Source: Desulfosarcina sp. (GTDB lineage Bacteria > Desulfobacterota > Desulfobacteria > Desulfobacterales > Desulfosarcinaceae). From it: a stretch of 64,000 nucleotides of DNA. Every line of letters starts with the position of its first letter. Within the stretch, counting starts at the first letter, position 1. The stretch is taken from assembly GCF_046496365.1 (NCBI RefSeq), contig NZ_JAWOHB010000156.1:19231-83230 (forward strand). Direction: 5' to 3'. Below the pieces are notes generated by a model. The model made no database searches and was not told the DNA's origin. It was given only the letters and a program-made list of their open reading frames with translations. Made by a program: the position numbers and the translations under genes. Positions 48,821-58,213 of this stretch are shown here, in pieces.

Positions 48821-48992
48821 TTCGATTGCATGAACGACATGGCCCTGCTTGGGATCGATGAATCGTGGCTATATGATACGCGAAAGACACTTCCATGACG
48901 TTGGTCAACGGACTTTTCAATCCCCGACAAAACCACTGTTTAGCTTGACAATAGGCCCAATTTATTGTTTTTAAGAGCAAAAGGGGCCAATC

Positions 48993-49844
48993 ATGTTGAC
49001 TGTTCAGAGCGCTGGTTTCAGTGATATCGGAAAAGTCCGCAAAGCAAATGAAGATTGCTTGCTGCTCAACGAACCGGCTGGGCTCTATGTCGTGGCGGAT
49101 GGCATGGGCGGGCATCGCTGCGGCGGCGTTGCCAGCCGAATTGCCGTGGACACCATCGAAACATTCATTGTGAACGGGATCGGGCAATCGTCGGACAAAG
49201 ACATGTCCCCAGCCGAGGAGCCCCAGAGTGAAGCCGCCAAACAACTTCGCCAAAGCATCTTTCTGGCCAATCAGAAGATCTACTCACAGTCCGTCAAGGA
49301 TTCGACCTGCCGGGGAATGGGAACCACCGTTTCTGCGCTCTACCTTGCCGGCAATTCCATCATAACTGCCAATGTGGGCGACAGCCCCATTTATCTGCTG
49401 CGAAACGGGGAAATCGAGGACCTTTACACCCCCCACACCCTGTTTCACGAAAGAAAAAAAGTGCCCAAGTCGCTGGAAGGCCGGTTTTCCAGCGGCAAGT
49501 TGGCGCATATCCTTACCCGGGCGGTTGGCATTCGGCCTGAAGTCGGTGTGGATCTCGTGGAAACACCGTGTTTTTCACAGGACATCATCGTGCTTTGCAG
49601 CGACGGCTTGAGCGGCAAGATTTCCAGGGAAGAGATCCGGGATCTGGCCTGCCGGAATGATTCGGAAGCGGCCTGCAGTAAGCTGACGGGCCTTGCCAAC
49701 CAAAGAGGTGGCGAGGATAATATTACCGTGATCGTGGTGCGCGTAAAATCCGTAAACGGGGATTCAGCCAAACGCCTGTTTGGACGGCTTGGCGCTTTTC
49801 GGGCATGGGCTGGCTCCCTTTTCAGTGCCCACAAACGCTTCTGA
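48993..49844 (+). CDS. PP2C-family Ser/Thr phosphatase (Stp1/PrpC-like)
   Basis: RKANED, VADGMGG, GMGTT, NVGDS, CSDG and GGEDN motifs. Confidence 0.93.
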   Translation: MLTVQSAGFSDIGKVRKANEDCLLLNEPAGLYVVADGMGGHRCGGVASRIAVDTIETFIVNGIGQSSDKDMSPAEEPQSEAAKQLRQSIFLANQKIYSQSVKDSTCRGMGTTVSALYLAGNSIITANVGDSPIYLLRNGEIEDLYTPHTLFHERKKVPKSLEGRFSSGKLAHILTRAVGIRPEVGVDLVETPCFSQDIIVLCSDGLSGKISREEIRDLACRNDSEAACSKLTGLANQRGGEDNITVIVVRVKSVNGDSAKRLFGRLGAFRAWAGSLFSAHKRF

Positions 49845-49871
49845 GCGTTGTCTCTTTTAAAAGGCTGCCAA

Positions 49872-50624
49872 ATGATCAGACTGCTCGTCAAGTTCAAGGA
49901 CCGGACGATCAAAGAGTTCGCCCTTGACCGAATCGACACCCTTTCCATCGGCAGAAACCCGAACCACCATCTGGTCATTGACAATTATGCGGTTTCTGGA
50001 AACCATGCCGTCATCCTCAAAGACGCCAACCGATTCATCCTCAAGGACACCAACAGTAAAAATGGTACCTTTTTAAACGGATTGACCGTCGAGCAGGCGA
50101 TTCTCAAAAACGGGGACGTGATCACGATCGGCAAACACACGCTGGTTTTTCTGGACCGCGGTAGACCGAGACCGCGACTCGAACAGGGTGGACTGAAAAC
50201 CTCTGCATTACCGGGTGATCCGGGCCCGGACCACACCATGTTCATGGACACGGAAGTCTACCGTCGCATGCTGACCGAAAGCGGAGACATTCCCGAAATC
50301 CCCGAATCACAGGCATATGTGGCTTTTCTGGCCGGCGGAAACGGCCGGTTCGACCTGGCTAAAAGCCTGGTTACCATCGGCAGGACCCACCGTTGCGATA
50401 TCGTCATCCCCGGTTTGTTTGCCTTCCTTGCCGGAGACCCGGCTGCGGCCATAAGCAAAACCCCCCAACACCACTACATCAGCGGCGTCGGCGGCTGGAT
50501 TAAACCGAAAGTCAATTCCCAGACGATCCGGGGGCCGGTCCGCCTGAAAGACATGGACGTGATAAAAATCGGTGCGGTGGTGCTCCAATACGCCTCAAGT
50601 GATCTCTCATCATCCTATCGGTGA
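49872..50624 (+). CDS. FHA-domain protein (one canonical and one degenerate FHA domain)
   Basis: IGR..VSGNH..SKNGT..NG; second TIGR...VN..LKDMDVIKIG. Confidence 0.88.
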   Translation: MIRLLVKFKDRTIKEFALDRIDTLSIGRNPNHHLVIDNYAVSGNHAVILKDANRFILKDTNSKNGTFLNGLTVEQAILKNGDVITIGKHTLVFLDRGRPRPRLEQGGLKTSALPGDPGPDHTMFMDTEVYRRMLTESGDIPEIPESQAYVAFLAGGNGRFDLAKSLVTIGRTHRCDIVIPGLFAFLAGDPAAAISKTPQHHYISGVGGWIKPKVNSQTIRGPVRLKDMDVIKIGAVVLQYASSDLSSSYR

Positions 50625-50660
50625 CTGCCCGGATAAGTGAATGAAACGAATGTGGATGCT

Positions 50661-53141
50661 ATGAAAAAATGGATTGTTGTGGTTGCATGTTCAGCGCTTT
50701 TTGCCGCCATGATCTCATTTTTTAAAATTGACGTTACCCTGGAAAGGCAGGTCATTTATATCCGGGGCGGGGAACCGGTGCTGGCTGACAGTGTCAGCCG
50801 GTCGGACCAGTTTGTCTTTTACGAAGCGGGTGGGAAAAGCGGCATGTTCATGAAAGATGACGTTGCCTCCGTCGGATCGATCCAGGTTAGCCAAAAAACC
50901 TCCCTACTGGAGATCATCGACCGAAACAAGCAATGGATTGCAGCAAGCCTGGGCATCGAAGCGAAAATAATCCGCGCAGTCGACAGTCGACTGCTGTTTT
51001 TTTTATTCATCCTTTCCGTGGCCGCCGGGATCATGAAGCTGACCCTGATGCTTGCCGCCAGCTTGAATGCAGCCAAACTCCCGGCATCGACCGGAGAGGG
51101 ATCGCCATTGACAGCCGGTGAGATGCGCCACTCTCCCCACAAGGGCCAGGAATCCTCTGACCTGCGGGATATCGCCATGTTTTTCCTCGAACTGTACAAG
51201 CTTCAAAACGGTCTTTCAAAAGATGCTCCAGGTCGATTTTCCATGACCACCGCCTCGGTGATGCGCAAGACGAAAATTTTCGAATTGGGCGTCAAAAGCG
51301 GCGGCGACTGGCTGACCCGGCGAATGTCTATCGGACCGTTGGGGGAAGAAACCGGCAGCAAGAGCAAATGTTTTTATGTCATTTATGATACCCATATGGT
51401 GGTAAAGATACCGCCGGTGCCAATCACCGACATGGAAAAGTATGTCAGGGACATCCGCAAAGAAGTGCAGATCGCCGCACACCTTGCACCGATCGCATGC
51501 ATCGTCCCCATGGTGTCGGTGATCCTCAATAAGGTCAAGCAGCTTCCCTATGAATCCAGCCTCACCCGGGAGCAGCTGGAAAAACAATATATCCGAATGG
51601 TTGAAGAGAGACCCGAATATCAGGAATACCTGAAAATCGGAGGCCGTTTTGCTTTTTTCATGGAACTGTCCAACAGCTTTTTTTTAGGGCGCGTCATCGG
51701 CGAACTGCACGAATCCAAGGACAAACCCGGTGACGAAATTCGGGAGGCGCCCGAAGCGGCCTGGGACCAGGAGGCCTTCACCGCCCGCTATGGGTTGGAT
51801 TCCCTGCCCGTGTTTGAAGGGCTTCAAACCCTTTACCGGCTGTGTGAAACCCAGGCCAGGCGCATTATCAAGGCGTCGGGCCATGGGACAAAGATCCACA
51901 CCTTTCAGATTAAAAACTGGTTTCTCGATACTATCGCCGGAGAAAAACTCAATCAGCAGGAGAAGGAGATTGATGACGCACTGCTGTCCCGAATCGAAAA
52001 TAGCTTTTGCACTGTTTTCAATTCCAATCAGAAAAATGTCGACGACCTGTTTCGGCTATTGAAGTCACAGCTGGAGAAAAAAACTTTTTTAAAAAGCCGG
52101 CAGCCGATCGAAAATATTGCGTCGAATGTGCTGCGCCTGCTCTGCCTGCTCAAAGAAAAGCGCATTGCGCTGAGGGACTTGAAGCCGGACAATTTATTTT
52201 TAGACGCCGACCCGGACAACTATCCAGTATTTCTGCAAAATTCAAACTTATTTTCGATCGGTGTCATCGATGTGGAGACGGCCTCCTCACTGATTCCCAC
52301 ACGGGACGGCTCCCTCACCCAGCCCCTTCTCGGGGGGACGCCCCTATATGCCACACCGTTGCACTTGTTGAAAAACAGAACCCTTGCCGCCTATTTCGGG
52401 AACCTGGAGGAAGCCCTCCATTTTCAGGACTGGTATGCCTCCATCGCTATTATCTTCAAGGCAATCACCGGCAGAAACCTTTTTACACGCGCAGCCCGTT
52501 CTTTCCCGGGAATATTGAAGATCCTCAAATCCAGCCGCGACCGATCAGACCCCGATGAAACAACCGTCAAGGCCATGAGCCAGAATTTCTGGTCGGCGGC
52601 AGCAACGGACGTCAAAACCCACCTGGTGTCATTTTCCGAGGTATTGAACAATCTGAACCTTTCGGTTCCCGAAACCATGGCCGCATCAATCAACGTGGAA
52701 CTGGAGAGGGAAGCAGCGTGCCTGCGGTTGGCAATTCGCAAACATGTTTCGTTATCTCCCCTTTTCAAAAGTGAAAAAAACAGGCGGTTTCTTACAGAAG
52801 CATCCAGCGATGCCATTGTCAAACAGGTGGCCCGGTGGGACAACAGGGCCCAACTTCCGACGCAGCATCACCAGGTGGCACCCCAGATGGTGGCGTTCTT
52901 GAATAATCTGAATCGATTGAAACAGGGGGAATCTGAAAAACGCAGGGCGATGGCCACTTTTACCCATCCACCCCATACCGTTTCCGCCTACACCCTGATC
53001 GAAGCCATGTTCCAGATTGCCTTCAGGGCCATGTACAAGTCACGCTGGAATGCGCTGCCCGCAGCAGCCGGCGTACCCGATCAACAAGCAGCGGTGATGG
53101 AAAACCGCTCAATGGTTTCAACCATTTTAAACGACAATTAA
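50661..53141 (+). CDS. Membrane-anchored atypical Ser/Thr protein kinase-like protein
   Basis: VVKIP, LRDLKPDN, IDVE and GGTPLY motifs; N-terminal hydrophobic segments. Confidence 0.72.
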   Translation: MKKWIVVVACSALFAAMISFFKIDVTLERQVIYIRGGEPVLADSVSRSDQFVFYEAGGKSGMFMKDDVASVGSIQVSQKTSLLEIIDRNKQWIAASLGIEAKIIRAVDSRLLFFLFILSVAAGIMKLTLMLAASLNAAKLPASTGEGSPLTAGEMRHSPHKGQESSDLRDIAMFFLELYKLQNGLSKDAPGRFSMTTASVMRKTKIFELGVKSGGDWLTRRMSIGPLGEETGSKSKCFYVIYDTHMVVKIPPVPITDMEKYVRDIRKEVQIAAHLAPIACIVPMVSVILNKVKQLPYESSLTREQLEKQYIRMVEERPEYQEYLKIGGRFAFFMELSNSFFLGRVIGELHESKDKPGDEIREAPEAAWDQEAFTARYGLDSLPVFEGLQTLYRLCETQARRIIKASGHGTKIHTFQIKNWFLDTIAGEKLNQQEKEIDDALLSRIENSFCTVFNSNQKNVDDLFRLLKSQLEKKTFLKSRQPIENIASNVLRLLCLLKEKRIALRDLKPDNLFLDADPDNYPVFLQNSNLFSIGVIDVETASSLIPTRDGSLTQPLLGGTPLYATPLHLLKNRTLAAYFGNLEEALHFQDWYASIAIIFKAITGRNLFTRAARSFPGILKILKSSRDRSDPDETTVKAMSQNFWSAAATDVKTHLVSFSEVLNNLNLSVPETMAASINVELEREAACLRLAIRKHVSLSPLFKSEKNRRFLTEASSDAIVKQVARWDNRAQLPTQHHQVAPQMVAFLNNLNRLKQGESEKRRAMATFTHPPHTVSAYTLIEAMFQIAFRAMYKSRWNALPAAAGVPDQQAAVMENRSMVSTILNDN

Positions 53142-53191
53142 TTCGGAATCCTCGCCGTGGATTTCGGCATGCGGCCTGACGGGGGCAACCC

Positions 53192-53893
53192 TCATTTCCT
53201 TTTGGCTTTGGATTCCGCCGGTTTTTTTATCACGACGTCTTTGCTACCGACCACCATGCCGACCACCGCACCCAAGGCAGCGTCGATGTTCAGTTTTTTG
53301 GTGTTGACCACCAAATCGTAATTGTGCGGATCGGATACATCGGCATTAAAGGACTGACGAATAAATGCGGATCGTCGATTTTCCCGATTGATTACCCGCC
53401 GCTTGGCCTCGTCACGGGTCACGCCAAACTCTTCGGCCACGTTATTCACCCGGGAGTCCAGCGGCGCAATAATCCGGACGCTCAAACGTTTTTCATGCGG
53501 TATCAGAAAGTTAGCCCCTCGGCCAACAATAATGGAATTGCCATGGCTGGCAATTGCGGCAACCACTTTCATCAGATGTTCCAGGTAAACGCCTGGCCAT
53601 AAATAGCGGTCGTTAACCAGGGACGAAATAAAATCCTGGATGCCGGAAAGGCGATCTTTTTCCATGGTTTCAATCACAGCACCACTGATGTGGGCGCTTT
53701 CGGCAATTGCCTTGACGACTTCCCGATCAAACAGGTCGATATTGAGCCGTTTGGCCAGTCCCTGGGCAATTTTCCGCCCCCCGCTGCCCGGTTCTGAAGA
53801 GATGGTAATCACCGGCACATGGGTTTGGGTCTTTTTTTTCCACTTTTCGATCTGATCCGTAATAAATGTTTCGATGGAGGAATTTTTTTCCAT
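53192..53893 (-). CDS. Cytidylate kinase-like family protein
   Basis: VITISSEPGSGG, IVGRGANF and YDLVVNT motifs. Confidence 0.85.
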   Translation of the reverse strand: MEKNSSIETFITDQIEKWKKKTQTHVPVITISSEPGSGGRKIAQGLAKRLNIDLFDREVVKAIAESAHISGAVIETMEKDRLSGIQDFISSLVNDRYLWPGVYLEHLMKVVAAIASHGNSIIVGRGANFLIPHEKRLSVRIIAPLDSRVNNVAEEFGVTRDEAKRRVINRENRRSAFIRQSFNADVSDPHNYDLVVNTKKLNIDAALGAVVGMVVGSKDVVIKKPAESKAKRK

Positions 53894-54065
53894 GATCGCG
53901 GTCCCGTCCTGCCCGTTAAGCCCAAAAACAGCGCTTGATAGAAGTTGTTTTGACGAAAGTAGAACCGAGGATTCCCTAAGGAAAAACAATAACGCTGTCA
54001 AGCCGCAAAGCATGACCGGTTAAAGGGTATTAAAGGATAGTTGCGTGGGCGAGACACGCATTCGT

Positions 54066-54644
54066 TCAGGCGTGAAGACCGCGCATGTAATCATCCAACA
54101 GTTGCTGAGCGTCTCCAGCGGTCATGATGTCCGGCAGTTTTGCCTTTGCCTGATCGATGGCCATGTCCAGCAGCTCCATTTGGAGGCCGGCCTTGGATTG
54201 GGTGATCCGGTTCTCCATTTTACGCCGGGTCTCTTCCAGCATGATTTTACTTTGTTGCCTGGCCTGTTCCACGATCTGCTGCTTGCGGGTTTCTCCCTGG
54301 GCAATCAATCGCGCCTTCAGTTCCTGGAAATGGGTCCGGCTTTCCGCCCCTTTCTGCTTTACTTCCTTGATTTGGCTGACAATCTTGGCTTTCTCGGCTT
54401 CCAGTTCGCCAATTTTATCAACAATGTCGCTTTTTTGCAGCTTTAAAAAATCCTTAATGGGTTCTCTGGCATATTTTACAATCACGGCGACAAGGATGAT
54501 AAAGTTGACCCAGCGCATGGCCAAGTCGTAGGTAGGTCTCCATTGGGGGTCTGCGGCCTGGGCCGCTTCAGGAAGCGCAAGCACATAAACGCCCACAAAC
54601 AGGATCATGACGCACAGCGTACCGGATCTTCCAGTCAACCTCAT
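54066..54644 (-). CDS. atpF: ATP synthase F0 subunit b
   Basis: N-terminal extension, RWVNFIIL TM and long coiled coil. Confidence 0.85.
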   Translation of the reverse strand: MRLTGRSGTLCVMILFVGVYVLALPEAAQAADPQWRPTYDLAMRWVNFIILVAVIVKYAREPIKDFLKLQKSDIVDKIGELEAEKAKIVSQIKEVKQKGAESRTHFQELKARLIAQGETRKQQIVEQARQQSKIMLEETRRKMENRITQSKAGLQMELLDMAIDQAKAKLPDIMTAGDAQQLLDDYMRGLHA

Positions 54645-54646
54645 GA

Positions 54647-55096
54647 TTACAGCCTCCGATGAAGCACTTTTTCCATGATTGTCAGGGTAACGGCCTCCAC
54701 CTCCCCGGCCAATTCCACCCGAGCCTGCCGTACCTGATCTTTTATCCGGTCCTCCGTTTCATGCCTCAATTCTGAAATCTGTTGCCGGACTTCTTCCAAA
54801 ATATCCATGGCCCGCTGATCCCCCTCGGTTTCAAGAGAAAGAACGACCTTATGGGTTTCTTGGATGATTTTGGCCTGCTCGCGATCAAGATCTTTGCCTA
54901 ACTGAACCAGGTCTTCTTTCCCTGAAATGATATCTTTATGGAAATCGGCAATTAGCTCCTTCCGCTGGGAAATGGTACTGAGCAGTGGACGGAACATAAT
55001 CCGGTTCATGATATAGAGAAAGATCAGGAAGGAGACCAGCTGGACAACAACGGTCTCATTGATACTGATCAACGCGTTGGTCGCAATAATTTCCAT
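54647..55096 (-). CDS. atpF: ATP synthase F0 subunit b'
   Basis: VQLVSFLIFLYIMNRIMFRP TM followed by a coiled coil. Confidence 0.85.
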   Translation of the reverse strand: MEIIATNALISINETVVVQLVSFLIFLYIMNRIMFRPLLSTISQRKELIADFHKDIISGKEDLVQLGKDLDREQAKIIQETHKVVLSLETEGDQRAMDILEEVRQQISELRHETEDRIKDQVRQARVELAGEVEAVTLTIMEKVLHRRL

Positions 55097-55194
55097 GGTG
55101 GATGCTCTTTGTTGAATAATTGCCGTTGCATGATTTTAATGCCCGGACGGCAGGTTGAGACGGATCCGAAAATACCGGCGACGGTGATGGTCCG

Positions 55195-55443
55195 CTAAAC
55201 CACAAACAGCAGCAACAAAGCGATAACCAGGGAGTAGATGCCGGTTGATTCGGAGACCGCTTGGCCCACCAGCATGGTTCGGGTCAACAGTCCTGCCTCC
55301 TTGGGGTTCTTGCCGATGGCCTCGCACGCTTTGGCGGCCACCATTCCTTCGCCCACACCGGGGCCGATTGCGCCTAAGCCCATGGAAATACCTGCGCCTA
55401 AAAATGCTGCCGCTTTTACAATGTCTGCACCTTCGATGGCCAT
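55195..55443 (-). CDS. atpE: ATP synthase F0 subunit c (single hairpin, Na+-type signature)
   Basis: GPGVGEG...GQAVSESTGIY; strong GGAGGAGG RBS. Confidence 0.95.
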   Translation of the reverse strand: MAIEGADIVKAAAFLGAGISMGLGAIGPGVGEGMVAAKACEAIGKNPKEAGLLTRTMLVGQAVSESTGIYSLVIALLLLFVV

Positions 55444-55480
55444 GATACGCCTCCTCCGTTACCGTTTTATCATCGTGTAG

Positions 55481-55500
55481 TTGAAAATCCGAATTTTCAA
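55481..55500. promoter_or_regulatory. 8-bp perfect inverted repeat between the two c genes
   Basis: TTGAAAAT-CCGA-ATTTTCAA. Confidence 0.5.
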
Positions 55501-55528
55501 GGACCAACGCGTCGCTAAAATAGTAAAG

Positions 55529-56506
55529 CTACAGGACAAAGATCAAAACCAGGCTGACCACCATCGCATAAATGGCCGTGGACTGGGAGACCGCCTGCCC
55601 CACCAGCATGATCCGCATGAGATCCGCCGCATGTGTGACGTTGCGGGCCACCCAGCGAACGGCGCCTTCCGCTGCCATGCCGTTGCCCACACCCGGTCCA
55701 ATGCCGCCAAGGCCGGTGCAAAGACCTGCACTAAGCAGTGCCATGGCTGTTTGCAGCTGCATGGATTCGGGAAAGGTTTTGAACATCAGGATAAAACTCA
55801 CCAGCAATCCGAAAATAGATGGTGTCTGGGCCACGGCCTGGCCCACCAGCATAATGGTTGTGACGTTCCCCACCGCCTCCGGCTGACGGGACACCCCCTC
55901 GCAGCTGGCCCCGGCAGCCATGCCGCCGCCGTATCCGGAGCCGATGGCAGCCAGCCCCGTACTCAGACCGGCCCCCACCAGCGCAGCCCACGTTGGATGA
56001 AGGGGTGCCTTGGAAAAATCCATAAACAGAAGCATCAGGGCCACCACCATGGAAAAGATCGCCGGGGTCTGGCAAACGGCGGATCCGATAAGCATGTTGG
56101 TGGTGAGCTTATTGGACACCGCTGGCTGGCGGGAAATCCCCAGGCAAGCCTGGCCGCCGGGAAACCCGGACCCGACACCCGAACCGATGGCCCCGAATCC
56201 CATACTGACACCGGCGCCGAAAAGGGCGGCCGCCTTGAGCAGCGTTGGATTTCCCTTGTCCATGAACAAAAGCAGGATAGCGACCACCAGGGCAAAAATG
56301 GAGGCTGATTCGGCTACCGCCTGCCCCACCAGCATATTTTTGAATATCTCCCCGGAAATCTTCGGGTTTCTGGAAACGGCCAGATTCGCCTGGGCTGCGG
56401 TATACCCTTCGCCGATGGCGGCGCCGACCGCACCCAGCCCCATGGCAATACCCCCCCCGGCAAACGCGGCGACCTTAACCCAGGCCTGAACATCGAGATC
56501 CATCAT
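55529..56506 (-). CDS. atpE: Fused four-hairpin ATP synthase subunit c (8 TM) with one Glu and three Gln sites
   Basis: Four tandem c repeats ending GQAVAESASIF, GSAVCQTPAIF, GQAVAQTPSIF and GQAVSQSTAIY. Confidence 0.9.
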   Translation of the reverse strand: MMDLDVQAWVKVAAFAGGGIAMGLGAVGAAIGEGYTAAQANLAVSRNPKISGEIFKNMLVGQAVAESASIFALVVAILLLFMDKGNPTLLKAAALFGAGVSMGFGAIGSGVGSGFPGGQACLGISRQPAVSNKLTTNMLIGSAVCQTPAIFSMVVALMLLFMDFSKAPLHPTWAALVGAGLSTGLAAIGSGYGGGMAAGASCEGVSRQPEAVGNVTTIMLVGQAVAQTPSIFGLLVSFILMFKTFPESMQLQTAMALLSAGLCTGLGGIGPGVGNGMAAEGAVRWVARNVTHAADLMRIMLVGQAVSQSTAIYAMVVSLVLIFVL

Positions 56507-57181
56507 CTATTTCACCTGGACTGAGATGTATACAACCGTCAACATTGTAAAAACAAACGCCTGAATGGTTCCCACGAACATGCCGAAAAATGCGTAAAGA
56601 AAAGGCGGCAGCAGGATGCCGTAAGTCAGATAAGAGACCACAAGAATGATGATCGACCCTCCCATGATATTGCCGAACAGACGGAAGGATATGGATACGA
56701 TCTTGGCAGCCTCGCCGATGATATTCAACGGAGCCATGAAAAAGATTGGCTGGAAATATTCGCTGGCATAGTTTTTAAACCCTTTTTTCCGTATCCCCGC
56801 GACATGGGCGATGACAAAACCCATCAGGCCGAAGCTCAAGGGGGTGTTGAGGTCCTTGGTGGGTTCATCCAGGTGAGGAACGATCCCCAGCCAATTGGAT
56901 ACCAGCAGGAACAGAAAAAGCGCACAGATCAGGGGTCCGTACTTTTTGGCCATCTCCTTATCCAAGGCGTCTTCCGTCAGTTTGTAGAGATTGGAAACCA
57001 GCAGCTCTCCAAACACCTGCATGGATTCCGGCACCATGCCCCGTTTGCGCACCGTTAAAAAACCCAGCGCGACAATCACCAAAAATGCGATCCAGGTCAT
57101 GAGGATGACCTCGAGGTTGAAAGTCATGGAATAGCCGAAAACCGGTATGATCAACTGATGAATTCTTCCGAGTTCTCCCAT
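56507..57181 (-). CDS. atpB: ATP synthase F0 subunit a
   Basis: PTKDLN, SISFRLFGN (essential Arg) and IQAFVF motifs. Confidence 0.95.
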   Translation of the reverse strand: MGELGRIHQLIIPVFGYSMTFNLEVILMTWIAFLVIVALGFLTVRKRGMVPESMQVFGELLVSNLYKLTEDALDKEMAKKYGPLICALFLFLLVSNWLGIVPHLDEPTKDLNTPLSFGLMGFVIAHVAGIRKKGFKNYASEYFQPIFFMAPLNIIGEAAKIVSISFRLFGNIMGGSIIILVVSYLTYGILLPPFLYAFFGMFVGTIQAFVFTMLTVVYISVQVK

Positions 57182-57198
57182 GTATCGTCGTCCTTGGT

Positions 57199-57588
57199 TC
57201 AGTGTTTGACAGCAGCGAAAATCAACCGGGAACCATGTTCGATCATGATCACCAGCTGAACCATGAACAGACCCGCTGCCGTGGCTGGAAAATTAAACCG
57301 GTCAGACTCCACGGCCAAAACGAGCGGCATCGCCAGCAGTGCATATCGCACCAGCAGGGAAAGTAGCGATCGCCGGATAGCCGCCTTGCGATTGTCGTTG
57401 AGGCGGAAGCGCAGCGCCTGACCCATGAGCGCAAAATTGACGGCGCTGAACACCCCGCCAAGCACCAATCCACGGCAAACCTCTTTTTGGCCCAAGGCTA
57501 AAAAAAGAAGACCGGCACCAATAGCCAGGACCAACGCCCGCGAGCCGTATTTTTTTTGTAGGTCAAGGACCGTTGTGTCCGTTTCCAT
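57199..57588 (-). CDS. atpI: ATP synthase subunit I
   Basis: 4 TM segments, LG..FSAVNF; immediately upstream of atpB. Confidence 0.75.
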   Translation of the reverse strand: METDTTVLDLQKKYGSRALVLAIGAGLLFLALGQKEVCRGLVLGGVFSAVNFALMGQALRFRLNDNRKAAIRRSLLSLLVRYALLAMPLVLAVESDRFNFPATAAGLFMVQLVIMIEHGSRLIFAAVKH

Positions 57589-57829
57589 CAGGACCTGCCT
57601 TGTCTTTCGGCTCTGTGATTTCCAATATTTGTCGATAACAGACGTTGGCGCCGCCGACAATGCCCAGGAGAAGGAAAACCGTGGTGAATAGCCCCCGAAA
57701 CCCCAGCCATTTATCTAAAAAATGCCCCACAAAAAAACAAAAGACGATGCAGCCGGCCATGGTCAGCCCCAGCTGCATGACAATGGTCAGGTTCTCGGCC
57801 CAGTCCCTGTTTTTTTTGTAGTCGAACAA
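57563..57829 (-). CDS. AtpZ/AtpI-family (AtpQ-like) small membrane protein
   Basis: QLGLTM...GHFLDKWLG...LLGIVGG; TTG start. Confidence 0.8.
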   Translation of the reverse strand: MFDYKKNRDWAENLTIVMQLGLTMAGCIVFCFFVGHFLDKWLGFRGLFTTVFLLLGIVGGANVCYRQILEITEPKDKAGPDGNGHNGP

Positions 57830-58213
57830 TCAGTGTTTCCGTGTTGATGCATCATGCGTCCTTTTCATCCGCCAGCGGTCGTCAGATCGGACCGGGTCCT
57901 GGATAAGCGATTAAAACGCATGGGCACTTGAGGCAATTGGCGCGAATCGATACCGGCGTTCGGTTGAACATAAATTACTGCGCCGGTTGGATTTTAATAA
58001 TATTTTTTCGAATAGCGGCAGAGATAGCAAAAAGCTTTCAACAATGTCAAGCGCCATGATTGATCCGCCAATCAGATCAAGCGATCCGATGCCGGTGGAA
58101 TCGCTTCGTAGGGCTAATTTTTTTCGGATATCTTGTGGTTGAATTCTTTTCGGGTTCATCATAACATGGCAAGTTAACGGCTTGACCCACTTTTTAAGGG
58201 AAACAGACCGACC

